Of a stretch of DNA of 64,000 nucleotides, positions 1 to 10,405 are shown one piece after another. The notes beneath the pieces were generated by a model that ran no database searches, was not told the origin of the DNA, and worked only from the letters and a program-made list of their open reading frames with translations. Position numbers and translations under genes: made by a program. Source of the stretch: an uncultured Candidatus Saccharibacteria bacterium. Lineage in GTDB: Bacteria; Patescibacteriota; Minisyncoccia; Phycocordibacterales; UBA5272. How positions within the stretch are numbered: position 1 is the first letter of the stretch; each line of letters starts with the position of its first letter. The stretch lies in assembly GCA_964369115.1 (NCBI GenBank), contig CAYJED010000001.1, positions 3,732 to 67,731 of the forward strand. Direction: 5' to 3'.

Positions 1-144
1 ATCATTGGCCGACGCAAGGTCAAGAACGTCTCCGTCACGGTGAAGACCAGTGACTGGGTGCTCTACGACAAGGCGGGTGAGAAGGTGATTGGAAGCAAGG
101 GTGCGCGAACGGAGATGAGTATCTACATCTCGTTTGTCGTCTAA
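1..144 (+). CDS. 3' end of an unidentified CDS, partial (window edge). GC-rich relative to the surrounding sequence.
   Basis: Open frame from the window edge to TAA at 142-144. Followed by a hairpin and T-run around 160-200. Confidence 0.35.
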   Translation: MIGRRKVKNVSVTVKTSDWVLYDKAGEKVIGSKGARTEMSIYISFVV

Positions 145-363
145 CCCACAACCATCCTGACAAAGGAAGCCACCTTGGCACCTGTTAGGGTGGTTTTCTT
201 TTTCTATACTTTTACAATTTCCTCAAGACTTTTTATACACTCTTTAACATAAGGCGAGTACTTATAAAGTTCTGAAAGCCATGCTTGTGACGCACATGAA
301 CATAAAATACCCAACGTATGTAAAGAAAAACAAAAGCGCACCGTGGTGCGCTTCTTGAGTTGT

Positions 364-672
364 TTATACGTGCATGGGATGTTCTGGCGACAACGTTTTT
401 CGGAAAAGATCAGGTTGGTTTTCTTGGAGAAAGGTCACATGGGCAAGGCCGCGAGCAGTGAGGGTGTACTTCTCACCGTTCTTAGAAACGAGACCCATGT
501 GCTTCAGATCGTGAATGCAGGCAAGGACAACCGAAGAGGTGGCTGTTTTGTTGAACTGCTGAAGGAGGAGAGGAGGGACCTCTTCAAGCTTCATGCCGCC
601 ATCGTTCTGACCTTCTTTCAGAATGGCCAAGATACGCAACCTGGACTTCTTCAGCGGAGGAATTACATTCAT
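364..672 (-). CDS. Putative winged-helix DNA-binding protein
   Basis: 102-aa ORF. The LKHMGLVSKNGEKYTLTARGL segment resembles a wHTH recognition helix plus wing. The opposite-strand ORF 343..780 has a junk-like composition. Confidence 0.4.
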   Translation of the reverse strand: MNVIPPLKKSRLRILAILKEGQNDGGMKLEEVPPLLLQQFNKTATSSVVLACIHDLKHMGLVSKNGEKYTLTARGLAHVTFLQENQPDLFRKTLSPEHPMHV

Positions 673-794
673 GTTCTGGCTCCAATCTGGTACGACAACA
701 TTGTCGAGCTTTTACACTATCATGAGAGTGGTTTTATTTCAAATACAGTAACAGCACATTGCAAAAACAATGCGCTGTAATTTCGACATCAGAT

Positions 795-1103
795 CTACGC
801 TCTTAGTCGTTGATCTGGTCGTGTACTTTTGTTGAACCAGTGTGGAAATACTTCTTTTGTTTCTTTTAAAATATGAGTCCCAGCCTCAGTTACTTTCCAA
901 GCAGGAACACTTACCACTTCAAAGCTTTCAACGAATTTCTTTTCGCTAAGTCTTGTTAGTAATTCTACAGCAACATGTTCATCAACTCCTTTATTTAAAA
1001 GAACTCTAAGCTGTAAAGGGATATTTTTTATTGTGATACCTCCCGAAACACTGCTCACCGCAAGAAGAATCTTTGCTTCAGGTTCTGTTATTTGTATTTC
1101 CAT
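795..1103 (-). CDS. Hypothetical protein
   Basis: ORF starting at the internal ATG (MEIQITEPE...), which is preceded by a GGAGG RBS. Confidence 0.45.
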   Translation of the reverse strand: MEIQITEPEAKILLAVSSVSGGITIKNIPLQLRVLLNKGVDEHVAVELLTRLSEKKFVESFEVVSVPAWKVTEAGTHILKETKEVFPHWFNKSTRPDQRLRA

Positions 1104-1243
1104 GAAAGAACCTCCGTTTTCTAAAAGAGTAAAGACGCTTAAGAAGAAGTACATAGTACACAAATTTTCCTCCGTTGTAAACTTTTTTCCTTAGTCACAG
1201 GGTATGTTTTTGAGCGTGGTATACTTTTTAAATAATTACAGAT

Positions 1244-2395
1244 ATGGGACAAATAGATTCATCAATTTTTTGGATAGAGATAGATAAAATAGTGCCAAAC
1301 CCTTATCAGCCACGACGTGAGTTTGATGAGGATAGGCTTAATGAGCTTGCTGCAAGTATTCGTCAGTACGGTGTACTTCAGCCACTTGTGGTTTCAAGAA
1401 AAGAAACACATCTTGAAGACGGGGGAGTGCTCGTAGAGTACGAACTTATCGCAGGAGAAAGACGTTTGCGTGCTTCAAAGCTTGCTGGTATTCAGCAGGT
1501 ACCAGTAGTGGTGCGTACAGGAGATGATAGTAGAGCAAAGCTTGAACTTGCGATCATTGAAAACCTTCAACGTGAAGACCTTAATGCTGTTGAGCGTGCA
1601 CAATCATTTCAGAGACTTGCTGATGAGTTTAAGCTCACATGGGCGGAGGTGGGGCGTAAGATGGGGAAGAGTAGAGAGTATGTTTCAAACACAGTGCGTA
1701 TTCTCATGCTCCCTCAAGATATTCTTGATGCTCTTTCAAAAGGGAAGATAAGTGAAGGGCACACAAGACCTCTTCTTATGCTTATTGATCGTCCGGCAGA
1801 ACAGATGACACTCTTTAAAGAAATGATGGTGCGTAAAATGACAGTGCGTGAAGCAGAACAAATTGCGCGTCGTATTGCCTATGAAAAGGTTCGCAAAAAG
1901 GATCTCTTTATGACACCAGAAGTGGTGGATATGGAAGAGCGTCTCGCGGAGACACTTGGTACCCGTGTACAGATCGAGCCACGTGAGCGAGGTGGACGTA
2001 TTTCTATTGATTATTTCTCTCATGAAGAACTTCTTGCGCTTTCGCTTGCAATTCGTAAAGCTGGAGAAGAGAAAACTCATAAAGGAATGTTTGATAAGCT
2101 TCGTGAAGAAGACATGGAAACACTTCAGTCAGTTTCTCCTACACCACGGCATATTGAGCCAATTACTGAGATTACTCATCTTAATCAGGTGGAAACGGTA
2201 CACCTAGCTGACCTCTCTATTGTAGAAGCTGTACATGATGCTCCTATTGTGACAACAAGTGAAGCGATCGAACTAGATCAGATAGAAGAAGTGGCTGTGC
2301 ACGTTGCTGCTGCAGAAGATGATCGATCATTAGATGAAGTGAAACAAGATGAGCAAAATGACGATCTCTACAATGTAAGAAATTTTGCACTCTAA
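1244..2395 (+). CDS. parB: Chromosome partitioning protein ParB/Spo0J, with an acidic C-terminal extension
   Basis: ParB N-terminal box (YELIAGERRLRASKLAG) and HTH region (TWAEVGRKMGKSREYVSN). Confidence 0.9.
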   Translation: MGQIDSSIFWIEIDKIVPNPYQPRREFDEDRLNELAASIRQYGVLQPLVVSRKETHLEDGGVLVEYELIAGERRLRASKLAGIQQVPVVVRTGDDSRAKLELAIIENLQREDLNAVERAQSFQRLADEFKLTWAEVGRKMGKSREYVSNTVRILMLPQDILDALSKGKISEGHTRPLLMLIDRPAEQMTLFKEMMVRKMTVREAEQIARRIAYEKVRKKDLFMTPEVVDMEERLAETLGTRVQIEPRERGGRISIDYFSHEELLALSLAIRKAGEEKTHKGMFDKLREEDMETLQSVSPTPRHIEPITEITHLNQVETVHLADLSIVEAVHDAPIVTTSEAIELDQIEEVAVHVAAAEDDRSLDEVKQDEQNDDLYNVRNFAL

Positions 2396-2440
2396 AACTG
2401 AAGAGAAATATAAAAACAAGACCATGTCGGTCTTGTTTTT

Positions 2441-3919
2441 TTATCGAGTAAGGAGCTTATCAAGTGCGCTACCGTGTTCTTTGATATAAGCTTTTATTTT
2501 ACGTTTTGCAAGCGTTGTTTTTGCCATGTCTATCCATTTACGTTTTGGAGAAGATGATTCTTTTACTTCAATCTCTACTACATCACGACTGTTAAGCTTG
2601 GTGTCAAGTGGCACCATCTTTCCATTCACTTTCGCGCTTGCAACATGGTCACCAATATCTGAGTGAACAGCATAAGCAAAGTCGATGGTTGTGGACCCTT
2701 CTGGAAGATCAATAACATCACCTTTTGGTGTCATCACAAACACACGGTGTTCAAAAAAATCTTCCCGCAAATGTTTCATAAAATCTTTGTGCTGGTTTAT
2801 TTCTTTTTGCCATTCGAGAAGTTCTTTTGTCCAGCCAGTTTTTTTGATAATTTCCTCCTTACTTTTCCCTTTTCCAAGTTCTTTGTATGAAAGATGGCTT
2901 GCGATACCGTATTCAGCCTCTTCGTGCATATCTTTAGTTTTTATTTGAATCTCAAGCGTATTTCCGTCTCCAGAAAAAATGGTGGTGTGAAGTGATCTGT
3001 AGCCGTTTGGCTTTGGAACAGCAACATAATCCTTGAAACGCCCTGGAACAGGTCTGTAGAGGCCGTGGATGACCCCTAGAGCTTGGTAACAGTCATTTAC
3101 AGCAGGAACGATGATACGAAGGGCAACAACATCGTGCACCTTAGATTCATCCATTTTGTAACGGTTGAGCTTTTGGTAAAGAGAGTAGAGGTGTTTGATA
3201 CGATGATCAATGCGTTCAATCTCCACATCAAAAATAGAAAGCTCTTCTTTTAAGGTTTCAACCACTTTTGTAAGCTGCTCATCAGAAATAGGTCGCATAC
3301 TATCGAAGATGTGAAGCGTCTTTTTATATTGCTCTGGGTAAACATATGGAAATGCAGCATCTTCAAGCTGGGCTTTTAGGCGCCCCATTCCAAGACGGTC
3401 AGCGAGACGAGCATGAATCTCAAGTGTTTCAAGAGCGATACGTTTTTGTTTTTCGGGAGAAACATGTTCAAGTGTCTCAATATTATGAAGACGGTCACAC
3501 AATTTAATCACTACAACACGAATATCATCCGCCATCGCGATAAAAAATTTACGAAGTGATTCTACGTGACGCTCTGCTCCTGAATAGCGAAGCTTTCCAA
3601 GCTTAGTAACACCTTCTACAAGTTTGGTAATGTGTTCACCAAATGCTTCTGTCATTTCTTTTTCTGTAACAGGGGTGTCTTCGAGCACATCGTGCATAAT
3701 CCCTGCTGCGATTGTGTCTGCATCCATTTTTAATTTCGCTAAGTTTACACCTGTTGAAAAAACATGGTTGTAGTACGGTTCTCCTGATTTACGAAGCTGA
3801 CCTTCATGAGCTTTTTCTGCAAAGAGACATGCACGCTTAATGAGCTCTTTATCTTGGTCTGTGATGTCAGGAAGGAGAGCGAAAATTCTTGCTGGATTGG
3901 TGTCTGTAATAACAGTCAT
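2441..3919 (-). CDS. rel: Bifunctional (p)ppGpp synthetase/hydrolase Rel/SpoT, short form without the C-terminal ACT domain
   Basis: HD domain (HEGQLRKSGEPYYNH...HDVLEDT), synthetase domain (RFKDYVAVPKPNGYRSLHTTI) and TGS domain are all present. Confidence 0.88.
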   Translation of the reverse strand: MTVITDTNPARIFALLPDITDQDKELIKRACLFAEKAHEGQLRKSGEPYYNHVFSTGVNLAKLKMDADTIAAGIMHDVLEDTPVTEKEMTEAFGEHITKLVEGVTKLGKLRYSGAERHVESLRKFFIAMADDIRVVVIKLCDRLHNIETLEHVSPEKQKRIALETLEIHARLADRLGMGRLKAQLEDAAFPYVYPEQYKKTLHIFDSMRPISDEQLTKVVETLKEELSIFDVEIERIDHRIKHLYSLYQKLNRYKMDESKVHDVVALRIIVPAVNDCYQALGVIHGLYRPVPGRFKDYVAVPKPNGYRSLHTTIFSGDGNTLEIQIKTKDMHEEAEYGIASHLSYKELGKGKSKEEIIKKTGWTKELLEWQKEINQHKDFMKHLREDFFEHRVFVMTPKGDVIDLPEGSTTIDFAYAVHSDIGDHVASAKVNGKMVPLDTKLNSRDVVEIEVKESSSPKRKWIDMAKTTLAKRKIKAYIKEHGSALDKLLTR

Positions 3920-4010
3920 ACGCTTTACTATACAGCGAGCTTATGTTTCTTTCAAGTGGTAAAACAAACATCCCCCTTTAAAAATATAAAGAGGGAGAAG
4001 GGGGGGTGGT

Positions 4011-4418
4011 TTATTTTTGTAAAACCATGAAGAGAAAAATGGAGGAAGTAATACTTCCAAGCATATACCAGTCTTCTGTGTTGGAAATAAGTATAATGAC
4101 AGAACCTATAATAAATGGTGAGAGTGCAATGATGGTTTGCATAATAGTTTCGATTCTGTGTACATTATTATTTTTTGATGGTTTCTTACACGCAATCAAA
4201 AGTAGACTTGCAATAATGAAGAGGTAAAAACTTAGATCTATGTACATAACATAGAAAGTATTAAACTCATCACTATTTTGTGGTTTTCCAAGCAATTGAA
4301 ATGCAAGTATTCCAGCAACAAGCTGAATAAAAATAAAAAAGAAAAGTCCCGCAACTATTGAGGTCATTACTTTCAGAACGTTTTTTGTAAAGAAGGTTTC
4401 TTTGTGAGAGCTGTTCAC
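4011..4418 (-). CDS. Small multi-pass membrane protein, hypothetical
   Basis: 135-aa hydrophobic ORF with a GTG start and an AAGGAG RBS 6 nt upstream. Confidence 0.4.
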   Translation of the reverse strand: MNSSHKETFFTKNVLKVMTSIVAGLFFFIFIQLVAGILAFQLLGKPQNSDEFNTFYVMYIDLSFYLFIIASLLLIACKKPSKNNNVHRIETIMQTIIALSPFIIGSVIILISNTEDWYMLGSITSSIFLFMVLQK

Positions 4419-4508
4419 TCTGGTCTCCTTTTTTAAAGAACAAGAAATATACTCTAATGTTTTTATATGAAGTCGTCAAGAAATGAATTCTTAGTAAATT
4501 AGTATTAA

Positions 4509-6722
4509 TTATTTTTTATCTTGATTAAGTTTGTGAGGGTTGTGGTTGGGACATAGTTTATCCGAACAACGTTCTGGGATGGTTTTTGTTCCCTCTACCA
4601 TAAGTTCATCACATTTTGTACCGTCAGCTTTTACATACAGACAACGATTTCCTGTTGGACGTGTTTTAACAATATGTTTACAATCTGGGTAGTTTGAACA
4701 TGAATAGAAAATACCAAAGCGCCCCTTACGTTCCTCCATGTATCCATCTTTACACTTGTTACAATGAACTCCAGTAGAGTTTGCTTTACGAAGCTCTTCA
4801 TCCTGTTCAATGTATTTACACTTAGGATAGTTATCACATGCAATAAATTTACCGTACTTTCCTTCACGTTCCATGAGTTCACCTTTTTCACACTTTGGAC
4901 ATTTTTTATTCAGCTTCTTTGGTCCTTCCATAACACTTCCGTCAATTTTACGTGCACCAACACACTCTGGATAGCGAGAACATGAATAGAATTTACCGTT
5001 CTTTGCAAGCTTTACCACCATAGATGCCTTACAAAGTGGACAGAGAAGATCGCTCGGAGCATCGCCCATACTTGTTGCTTTTTCAAGATCGTCCTTTGCT
5101 TTTACATCTTTAATAAATGGACCGTAAAAATCACTAAGTGTTTTAAGATACGTTGCTTCACCTTCTGAGATGAGGTCAAGCTTATCTTCCATGTCTGCAG
5201 TAAAGGTGTCACTAATGTATTGACCAAAGTGATCTTCAAGGAAAGATATTACTACTTCGCCAGTATCGGTTGGGTGAAGTGCTTTATTTATTTTTTCTAC
5301 ATAGCCACGAGCTTCAATGGTGGAAAGAATTGAGGCATAGGTTGAAGGTCTTCCAATGCCTCGTTTTTCAAGCTCTTTAATGAGTCCAGCTTCTGTGTAG
5401 CGATGAGGTGGTTCTGTTTCTTTTTGTATAGCGTTCAATGCAACAAGAGAAAGTGCGTCACCTTCTTTTAAGTTAGGTAGAATTACGTCATCTCCACGAG
5501 CATCTTCATCTACTAGAAGCCATCCAGGAGAAATAAGAATAGACCCATTCACAGAAAAATCTGGAATAGATGATCCTATAATATTTGCAGTTACTTTTGT
5601 GCGCTTAATTTTTGCATCCCGCATTTGGCTTGCGACCGTTCTTTTCCAGATAAGTGAGTAGAGTTTCTTCTCATCATCTGTTGTTCCTCCATAACGAGAT
5701 GTAGCATGGGTCGGACGAATTGCTTCGTGAGCCTCTTGAGCATTTTTTGATTTTGTTTTGTACTGGCGAACAGACACCATCGCTTCACCAAACTCTTTTT
5801 TGATTACCTCTGTAATTTCTCCAATTGCCTGACCTGAAAGAGTGGTGCTATCAGTACGCATATAGGTGATAAGACCTTTTTCGTAGAGCTTTTGAGCAAT
5901 ACCCATGGTGCGAGACGGTGCAAAACCGAGCCGCGAAGATGCTGCTTGCTGAAGAGTAGAAGTAGTAAATGGTGCTTTTGGGGAACGGCTCGCTTCTGTG
6001 CTTTCAATGTTGATAACATTCCAAGAACCTTTAATACCTTCACGAACAATTCTATCTGCTTCATCTTTTACTTTTGGTTGTTCAACACATTCAAGGATGA
6101 GTGAGTATGTTTTTGATTCACTGAGTTTTCCTTCTGTTTTAAATTCTCCCGCAATAACAAAGTAGGTAACAGGAATAAATGCTCGAATTTCTCTTTCACG
6201 TTCCATAATAATGCGAAGTGCAGGGGACTGTACACGTCCAGCAGAAAGACCATAACGAACCTTTTTCCAAATTACTCCTGAAAGGTCGTACCCCACAAGA
6301 CGGTCGAGTACTCGACGAGCCTCTTGAGCCTCTTTCATTTTCATATCGATATCACGTGGGTGTTTGAGGGCTTCTTTGATAGCGCTTTCTGTAATTTCGT
6401 GAAAGGTAACACGCTTGGCATGATCAAGCTTGCAGGCTTCTTTTACGTGCCATGCAATAGCTTCTCCTTCACGGTCGGGGTCCGTTGCAAGAATCACTTC
6501 ATTAGCTTTCTTTGCGAGTGCTTTAATGTCACTTACTACCTTTTCTTTACCAGGACTCATTTCGTAATGAGGAATAAAGCCGCCTTCAATATCTACAGCC
6601 TTTTTATTACTTTTCGGAAGGTCTCTAATATGACCAACAGAGGCGCGTACTTCGTACTCGCCGTTTAGATATTTTGCTATTGTTTTTGCTTTTGAAGGGC
6701 TTTCTACAATGAGGAGTTTCAT
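4509..6722 (-). CDS. topA: DNA topoisomerase I
   Basis: TOPRIM N-terminus (LLIVESPSKAKTIAKYL), topoisomerase IA core, and C-terminal C4 zinc-ribbon repeats. Confidence 0.93.
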   Translation of the reverse strand: MKLLIVESPSKAKTIAKYLNGEYEVRASVGHIRDLPKSNKKAVDIEGGFIPHYEMSPGKEKVVSDIKALAKKANEVILATDPDREGEAIAWHVKEACKLDHAKRVTFHEITESAIKEALKHPRDIDMKMKEAQEARRVLDRLVGYDLSGVIWKKVRYGLSAGRVQSPALRIIMEREREIRAFIPVTYFVIAGEFKTEGKLSESKTYSLILECVEQPKVKDEADRIVREGIKGSWNVINIESTEASRSPKAPFTTSTLQQAASSRLGFAPSRTMGIAQKLYEKGLITYMRTDSTTLSGQAIGEITEVIKKEFGEAMVSVRQYKTKSKNAQEAHEAIRPTHATSRYGGTTDDEKKLYSLIWKRTVASQMRDAKIKRTKVTANIIGSSIPDFSVNGSILISPGWLLVDEDARGDDVILPNLKEGDALSLVALNAIQKETEPPHRYTEAGLIKELEKRGIGRPSTYASILSTIEARGYVEKINKALHPTDTGEVVISFLEDHFGQYISDTFTADMEDKLDLISEGEATYLKTLSDFYGPFIKDVKAKDDLEKATSMGDAPSDLLCPLCKASMVVKLAKNGKFYSCSRYPECVGARKIDGSVMEGPKKLNKKCPKCEKGELMEREGKYGKFIACDNYPKCKYIEQDEELRKANSTGVHCNKCKDGYMEERKGRFGIFYSCSNYPDCKHIVKTRPTGNRCLYVKADGTKCDELMVEGTKTIPERCSDKLCPNHNPHKLNQDKK

Positions 6723-6740
6723 AAATATGTTCTACCTACT

Positions 6741-7634
6741 TTACACTAAACGTCTCACTTCGCCAAGTGAATCAAAAATATACCCATCAATTTCAAGTGA
6801 AGAAAACGCAACCATAAAGTCTCCAAAAGAAAGTTTTGAAAGAGTGAAGAGTTGTTCTTTTTGTTGAGGCTCTCTTAATAAGGTGTATATAGTTTCCTCA
6901 TGTACTGTGAGGGTTCGTATTACCTTCACTTCTCCTTTATATGGAAGCCGCAGAAGATCAAAAAGATCTTCTTTTGTGGTGATGGGGGAAGCTCCATTTT
7001 TAATAAGATCATGAGTGCCGTACGTGGTTTCAGAAAAAATATCACCAGGCACCGCACCAATATTTTTACCAAGTTCAAGAGCCTGACGTGCTGTTACAAG
7101 TGTTCCTGATTTTTCTCCTGCTTCTATAACAAGGACAGCATCAGAGAGTGCTGCCATAATGCGATTTCTCTTTGGGAATGTCCAAGGTAGAGGGGAAGTG
7201 AGAGGTGTGTATTCACTTAAGAAAACCCCGTTTCGTTTAAGAATGTCTTCTCGTAAGTTGTAGTTGGTGCGAGGGTAAAGAACTTTTATATCAAGTCCGC
7301 TCCCTGGAACGACAAATGTTTTTATGCCGTGTTTAAGCGCAGCTTTATGTGCGAGGGTGTCTGTACCATAAGCAAAACCAGAAAGAATGACAACGTCTTC
7401 TCCTTTAAGAGAACTTATGAGATGTTCAATGACTCGTTTACCATACTCTGTTCCTTTGCGGGACCCAACTACCGTCAGGATACGAGGTGTTGCAAAACCA
7501 AATTCATCACAAGAAAATGAAGGAAGTTCTCCTTCAATATAGATTTCTTTAGGAATATCATGAAGAGTAAGAAGGCGCTGTAAAAGCGGGTGTGATGCAA
7601 AATCTTTTTGCTTATAGAGAGTGTAAGGTTCCAC
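6741..7634 (-). CDS. dprA: DNA processing protein DprA (Smf)
   Basis: DprA Rossmann-like core (VVGSRKGTEYG...ILSGFAYGTDTLAHKAAL...NRIMAALSDAVLVIEAGEKSG). Positioned upstream of topA, as is typical. Confidence 0.88.
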   Translation of the reverse strand: MEPYTLYKQKDFASHPLLQRLLTLHDIPKEIYIEGELPSFSCDEFGFATPRILTVVGSRKGTEYGKRVIEHLISSLKGEDVVILSGFAYGTDTLAHKAALKHGIKTFVVPGSGLDIKVLYPRTNYNLREDILKRNGVFLSEYTPLTSPLPWTFPKRNRIMAALSDAVLVIEAGEKSGTLVTARQALELGKNIGAVPGDIFSETTYGTHDLIKNGASPITTKEDLFDLLRLPYKGEVKVIRTLTVHEETIYTLLREPQQKEQLFTLSKLSFGDFMVAFSSLEIDGYIFDSLGEVRRLV

Positions 7635-7709
7635 GTATATAAGTATACCTTTTTTATTTTTTCAAAAAGAAAATGCTTCACAGTTTTTAGATGTGAAGCA
7701 TTAAGGGTT

Positions 7710-8888
7710 TCAAAAGCAAATGAGTCCGCCGGGAGAGGTTTTTTCAAAGATATCCTCGTTTCTTCCTCCTTCGGCGTAGATTGTCTGACTTCTATCAACA
7801 GACCCCCAGTTGTCATACAGGTTTTCCCAGGAAGCTGTCTTTCGGAGTACTTTCCTTTCATATATTTCTCTGGAAAGAAGAGCTTTTGCTAGAAGCTTGT
7901 TTGGTGTGTAGTACCAGGCCACTGCATCTTCACGAATTTTGTAGGTGACGAGCGGGTGGACATCAGATACGTGCACAGGGGGTGTTGTCGGAAAAAAGAA
8001 GATAGGTTGACCTCTTGGTAAAAGATAACAATCACCTTGTTGTGGTGCAACTGCCGGGACCGACTGATGGATTTTTGCATATTTTAGGTATCTGACCCCA
8101 TCTATTTCATTGAAGTAAAAGGTCCTGCCTTCTCCCACTCTGAAATCTTCAGGGAAAGGAAGCCATATTTTTGCCTCATTTTGTTTTTTGTCGAGATATA
8201 CCCAAAGTGTTGCACCGTCACGTCTTGACGGTTGAATGCCGAGAGCTTCAGTAATAGGCTCAGTGACAGACGTGACTGCACCCACTACTGCACTGCTCAC
8301 GTTTTCGGCTGTAAGCCACGGCTCTTTGGGTGCGACAGCTCGCCCGAAAAGTCCTGCAACAATGAGAATACACATCAACATTCTTTCAACACGGAAGTAC
8401 TCAAAGTAACCATTCTCATCTCTGAAAGTAAATAGCCATCTGAATATTCCTCCAAGCAACTTGTCTGCATTCATTGCAAGGAAGGATCCAGTGTTAAGGC
8501 GTACCTCTCTACGTACCTCTCTGTCATCATAGTGGAAACGATTTTCTTGACGTTCGCGTCTTCCTTCACGTGAACGTTCAGGAATCTCAAGTGACCAACC
8601 AAGGTTGAGTTCATACTCCCGAAGAAACGGTAAAATATTTGGAAGAAGATAGAGACCTGATCCGTAGGTTCTTCCAGTTTTTGTCTCAAAAAAAGCAAGG
8701 TGTGCTTCTTCATGAGATCCGACTTTCCACAAGAACATCATGAGTGTGCTTATAACGGCGCCAGTCATGAGATAGTTTTCCCATGTCGTATGGATAGCAA
8801 ACCAGTGTTTATACGTTTTTAGGTAGATGAACAGGAGGGGTGTCGTCAGTAAAAATGAGGTCAAGCGACCAATCGCAAAGACTGACAT
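7710..8888 (-). CDS. Membrane-anchored hypothetical protein with an HExxH motif; possible zinc metalloprotease
   Basis: N-terminal TM helices, with HEEAH located right after a helix. No wider family recognised. Confidence 0.5.
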   Translation of the reverse strand: MSVFAIGRLTSFLLTTPLLFIYLKTYKHWFAIHTTWENYLMTGAVISTLMMFLWKVGSHEEAHLAFFETKTGRTYGSGLYLLPNILPFLREYELNLGWSLEIPERSREGRRERQENRFHYDDREVRREVRLNTGSFLAMNADKLLGGIFRWLFTFRDENGYFEYFRVERMLMCILIVAGLFGRAVAPKEPWLTAENVSSAVVGAVTSVTEPITEALGIQPSRRDGATLWVYLDKKQNEAKIWLPFPEDFRVGEGRTFYFNEIDGVRYLKYAKIHQSVPAVAPQQGDCYLLPRGQPIFFFPTTPPVHVSDVHPLVTYKIREDAVAWYYTPNKLLAKALLSREIYERKVLRKTASWENLYDNWGSVDRSQTIYAEGGRNEDIFEKTSPGGLICF

Positions 8889-8991
8889 AATGAAGTCCTT
8901 TCAAATGTGTAAGAACAATTGAGAAAAATACTGACACGTAAAGAAATAAAAAGCAACATGGACATGTTAATTATAGTGTTTTATTATAAAA

Positions 8992-9870
8992 ATGCTTATT
9001 TCTTTTCTTGATATATACTTTTTACATATGACACTACATATACTATATAAGAATAGTAAAAATCATAAGAAAAAATATCTCTTTGTTTCCTTTCTTTTTA
9101 TTATCACAGTCGTATACTTTTCTATTTCTCCAAGTAATAATGAGAACTGGACTTTGGACCAAAAAATTCTCCCAAAAGCGATAATCGTAGATAATTTGGT
9201 GACTGTAGAAAATATCAGAAACTTTACATACAGAAGTACGGCTGATTATACTCCTGCATATTACACAAAAACATTTAATGTTGACGCAATTACAAGCGTT
9301 GACTACATAGTAGAGCCATTTGGAGACTTTAGCGGAGCCGCACATACGTTTCTTTCCTTTGGCTTTGTTGATGGCTCTTATGTGAGCGTGTCAGTAGAGA
9401 TACGAAAGAAAGTCGGGCAGTCATTTTCTCCGTGGAAAGGTCTTATGCATCAGTATACTCTTATGTATGTTGTTGCAGATGAAAGGGGTGTGGTGAAGCT
9501 TCGCAGTAATTATAGAAAAGACGATGTATATATATATCCAACGCGCATTGACGGTCTTCACGCAAAAAAACTTTTTCTTAGTATGATGCAAAGAGTAAAT
9601 ACATTATATGAAGAACCTGAGTTTTATAATACTCTCTTTAATACTTGCACCACTAACATTGTTCGTCATGTGCAAGAGATATCAGATATTAATATACCAA
9701 TTAGCTATAAAGTGCTTATGCCTGGATATTCGGACAAGCTCGCATATGATTTATATCTTATAGATACGGATCTTCCATATGAAAAAATTCGTGAAACTTA
9801 CAAAATAAATGACAAGGCAGCTACATATGTCGACCATCAAGACTTTTCAAAAAAGATTCGAGAGAGATAG
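8992..9870 (+). CDS. DUF4105 (Lnb N-terminal domain)-like exported or membrane-anchored protein
   Basis: N-terminal signal-anchor. The motif string (NIRNFTY, VDYIVEPFG, AHTFLSF) matches my recollection of DUF4105, which I could not verify here. Confidence 0.5.
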   Translation: MLISFLDIYFLHMTLHILYKNSKNHKKKYLFVSFLFIITVVYFSISPSNNENWTLDQKILPKAIIVDNLVTVENIRNFTYRSTADYTPAYYTKTFNVDAITSVDYIVEPFGDFSGAAHTFLSFGFVDGSYVSVSVEIRKKVGQSFSPWKGLMHQYTLMYVVADERGVVKLRSNYRKDDVYIYPTRIDGLHAKKLFLSMMQRVNTLYEEPEFYNTLFNTCTTNIVRHVQEISDINIPISYKVLMPGYSDKLAYDLYLIDTDLPYEKIRETYKINDKAATYVDHQDFSKKIRER

Positions 9871-10115
9871 ATGTGCGGTGATGTGCACGAAACTGGAGTG
9901 GATTATTTTGTGATCACAAGTTACTAATTGCGCTAATCATAGCGTATGCGAGTTGCTCATAAGTACTCGCGACCTCGCCTTGCACATTTTAGAAAAGTTA
10001 GAAATATACACTTTTCTAAAACATTGCTGTAGTTGGCATAAAAGCACGAAACTGAAGCAGTTCAGTTTCTAAAATTAAAACTAAGCTTTCAGAACTTAGT
10101 TTTTATTTTATTTTG

Positions 10116-10188
10116 TGCCCCCAGTAGGGCTCGAACCTACGACCTGCGGATTAAGAGTCCGATGCTCTACCAGCTGAGCTATAGGGGC
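10116..10188 (-). tRNA. tRNA-Lys (anticodon CTT)
   Basis: Manual cloverleaf: acceptor GCCCCTA/TGGGGGC, anticodon loop CTCTTAA, T-arm GTAGG-TTCGAGC-CCTAC, 73 nt. CCA is not encoded. Confidence 0.85.
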
Positions 10189-10309
10189 ATATATAAATTT
10201 GACAGATAGTATTATACCATACTTACTAAAATATTTCTAGTCTCTTTATCATTTTTATGCTAGAATAGAAAAACTTTTAATTCTAAAGATTTTGAGAATT
10301 AAAACGAAT

Positions 10310-10386
10310 GACGCAGTGGCGAAGTGGCCTAACGCTGCGGTTTGCAAAACCGCCATTCGTGGGTTCGAATCCCACCTGCGTCTCCA
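10310..10386 (+). tRNA. tRNA-Cys (anticodon GCA)
   Basis: Acceptor GACGCAG/CTGCGTC, anticodon stem GCGGT/ACCGC with loop TTGCAAA, T-arm GTGGG-TTCGAAT-CCCAC. CCA is encoded. Confidence 0.85.
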
Positions 10387-10405
10387 GATATTGCAAAGCA
10401 ATATT

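Noticed and set aside
343-780. 145-aa plus-strand ORF
   Set aside because: Antisense to a more protein-like 102-aa wHTH-like ORF (364..672). Low-complexity, implausible sequence.
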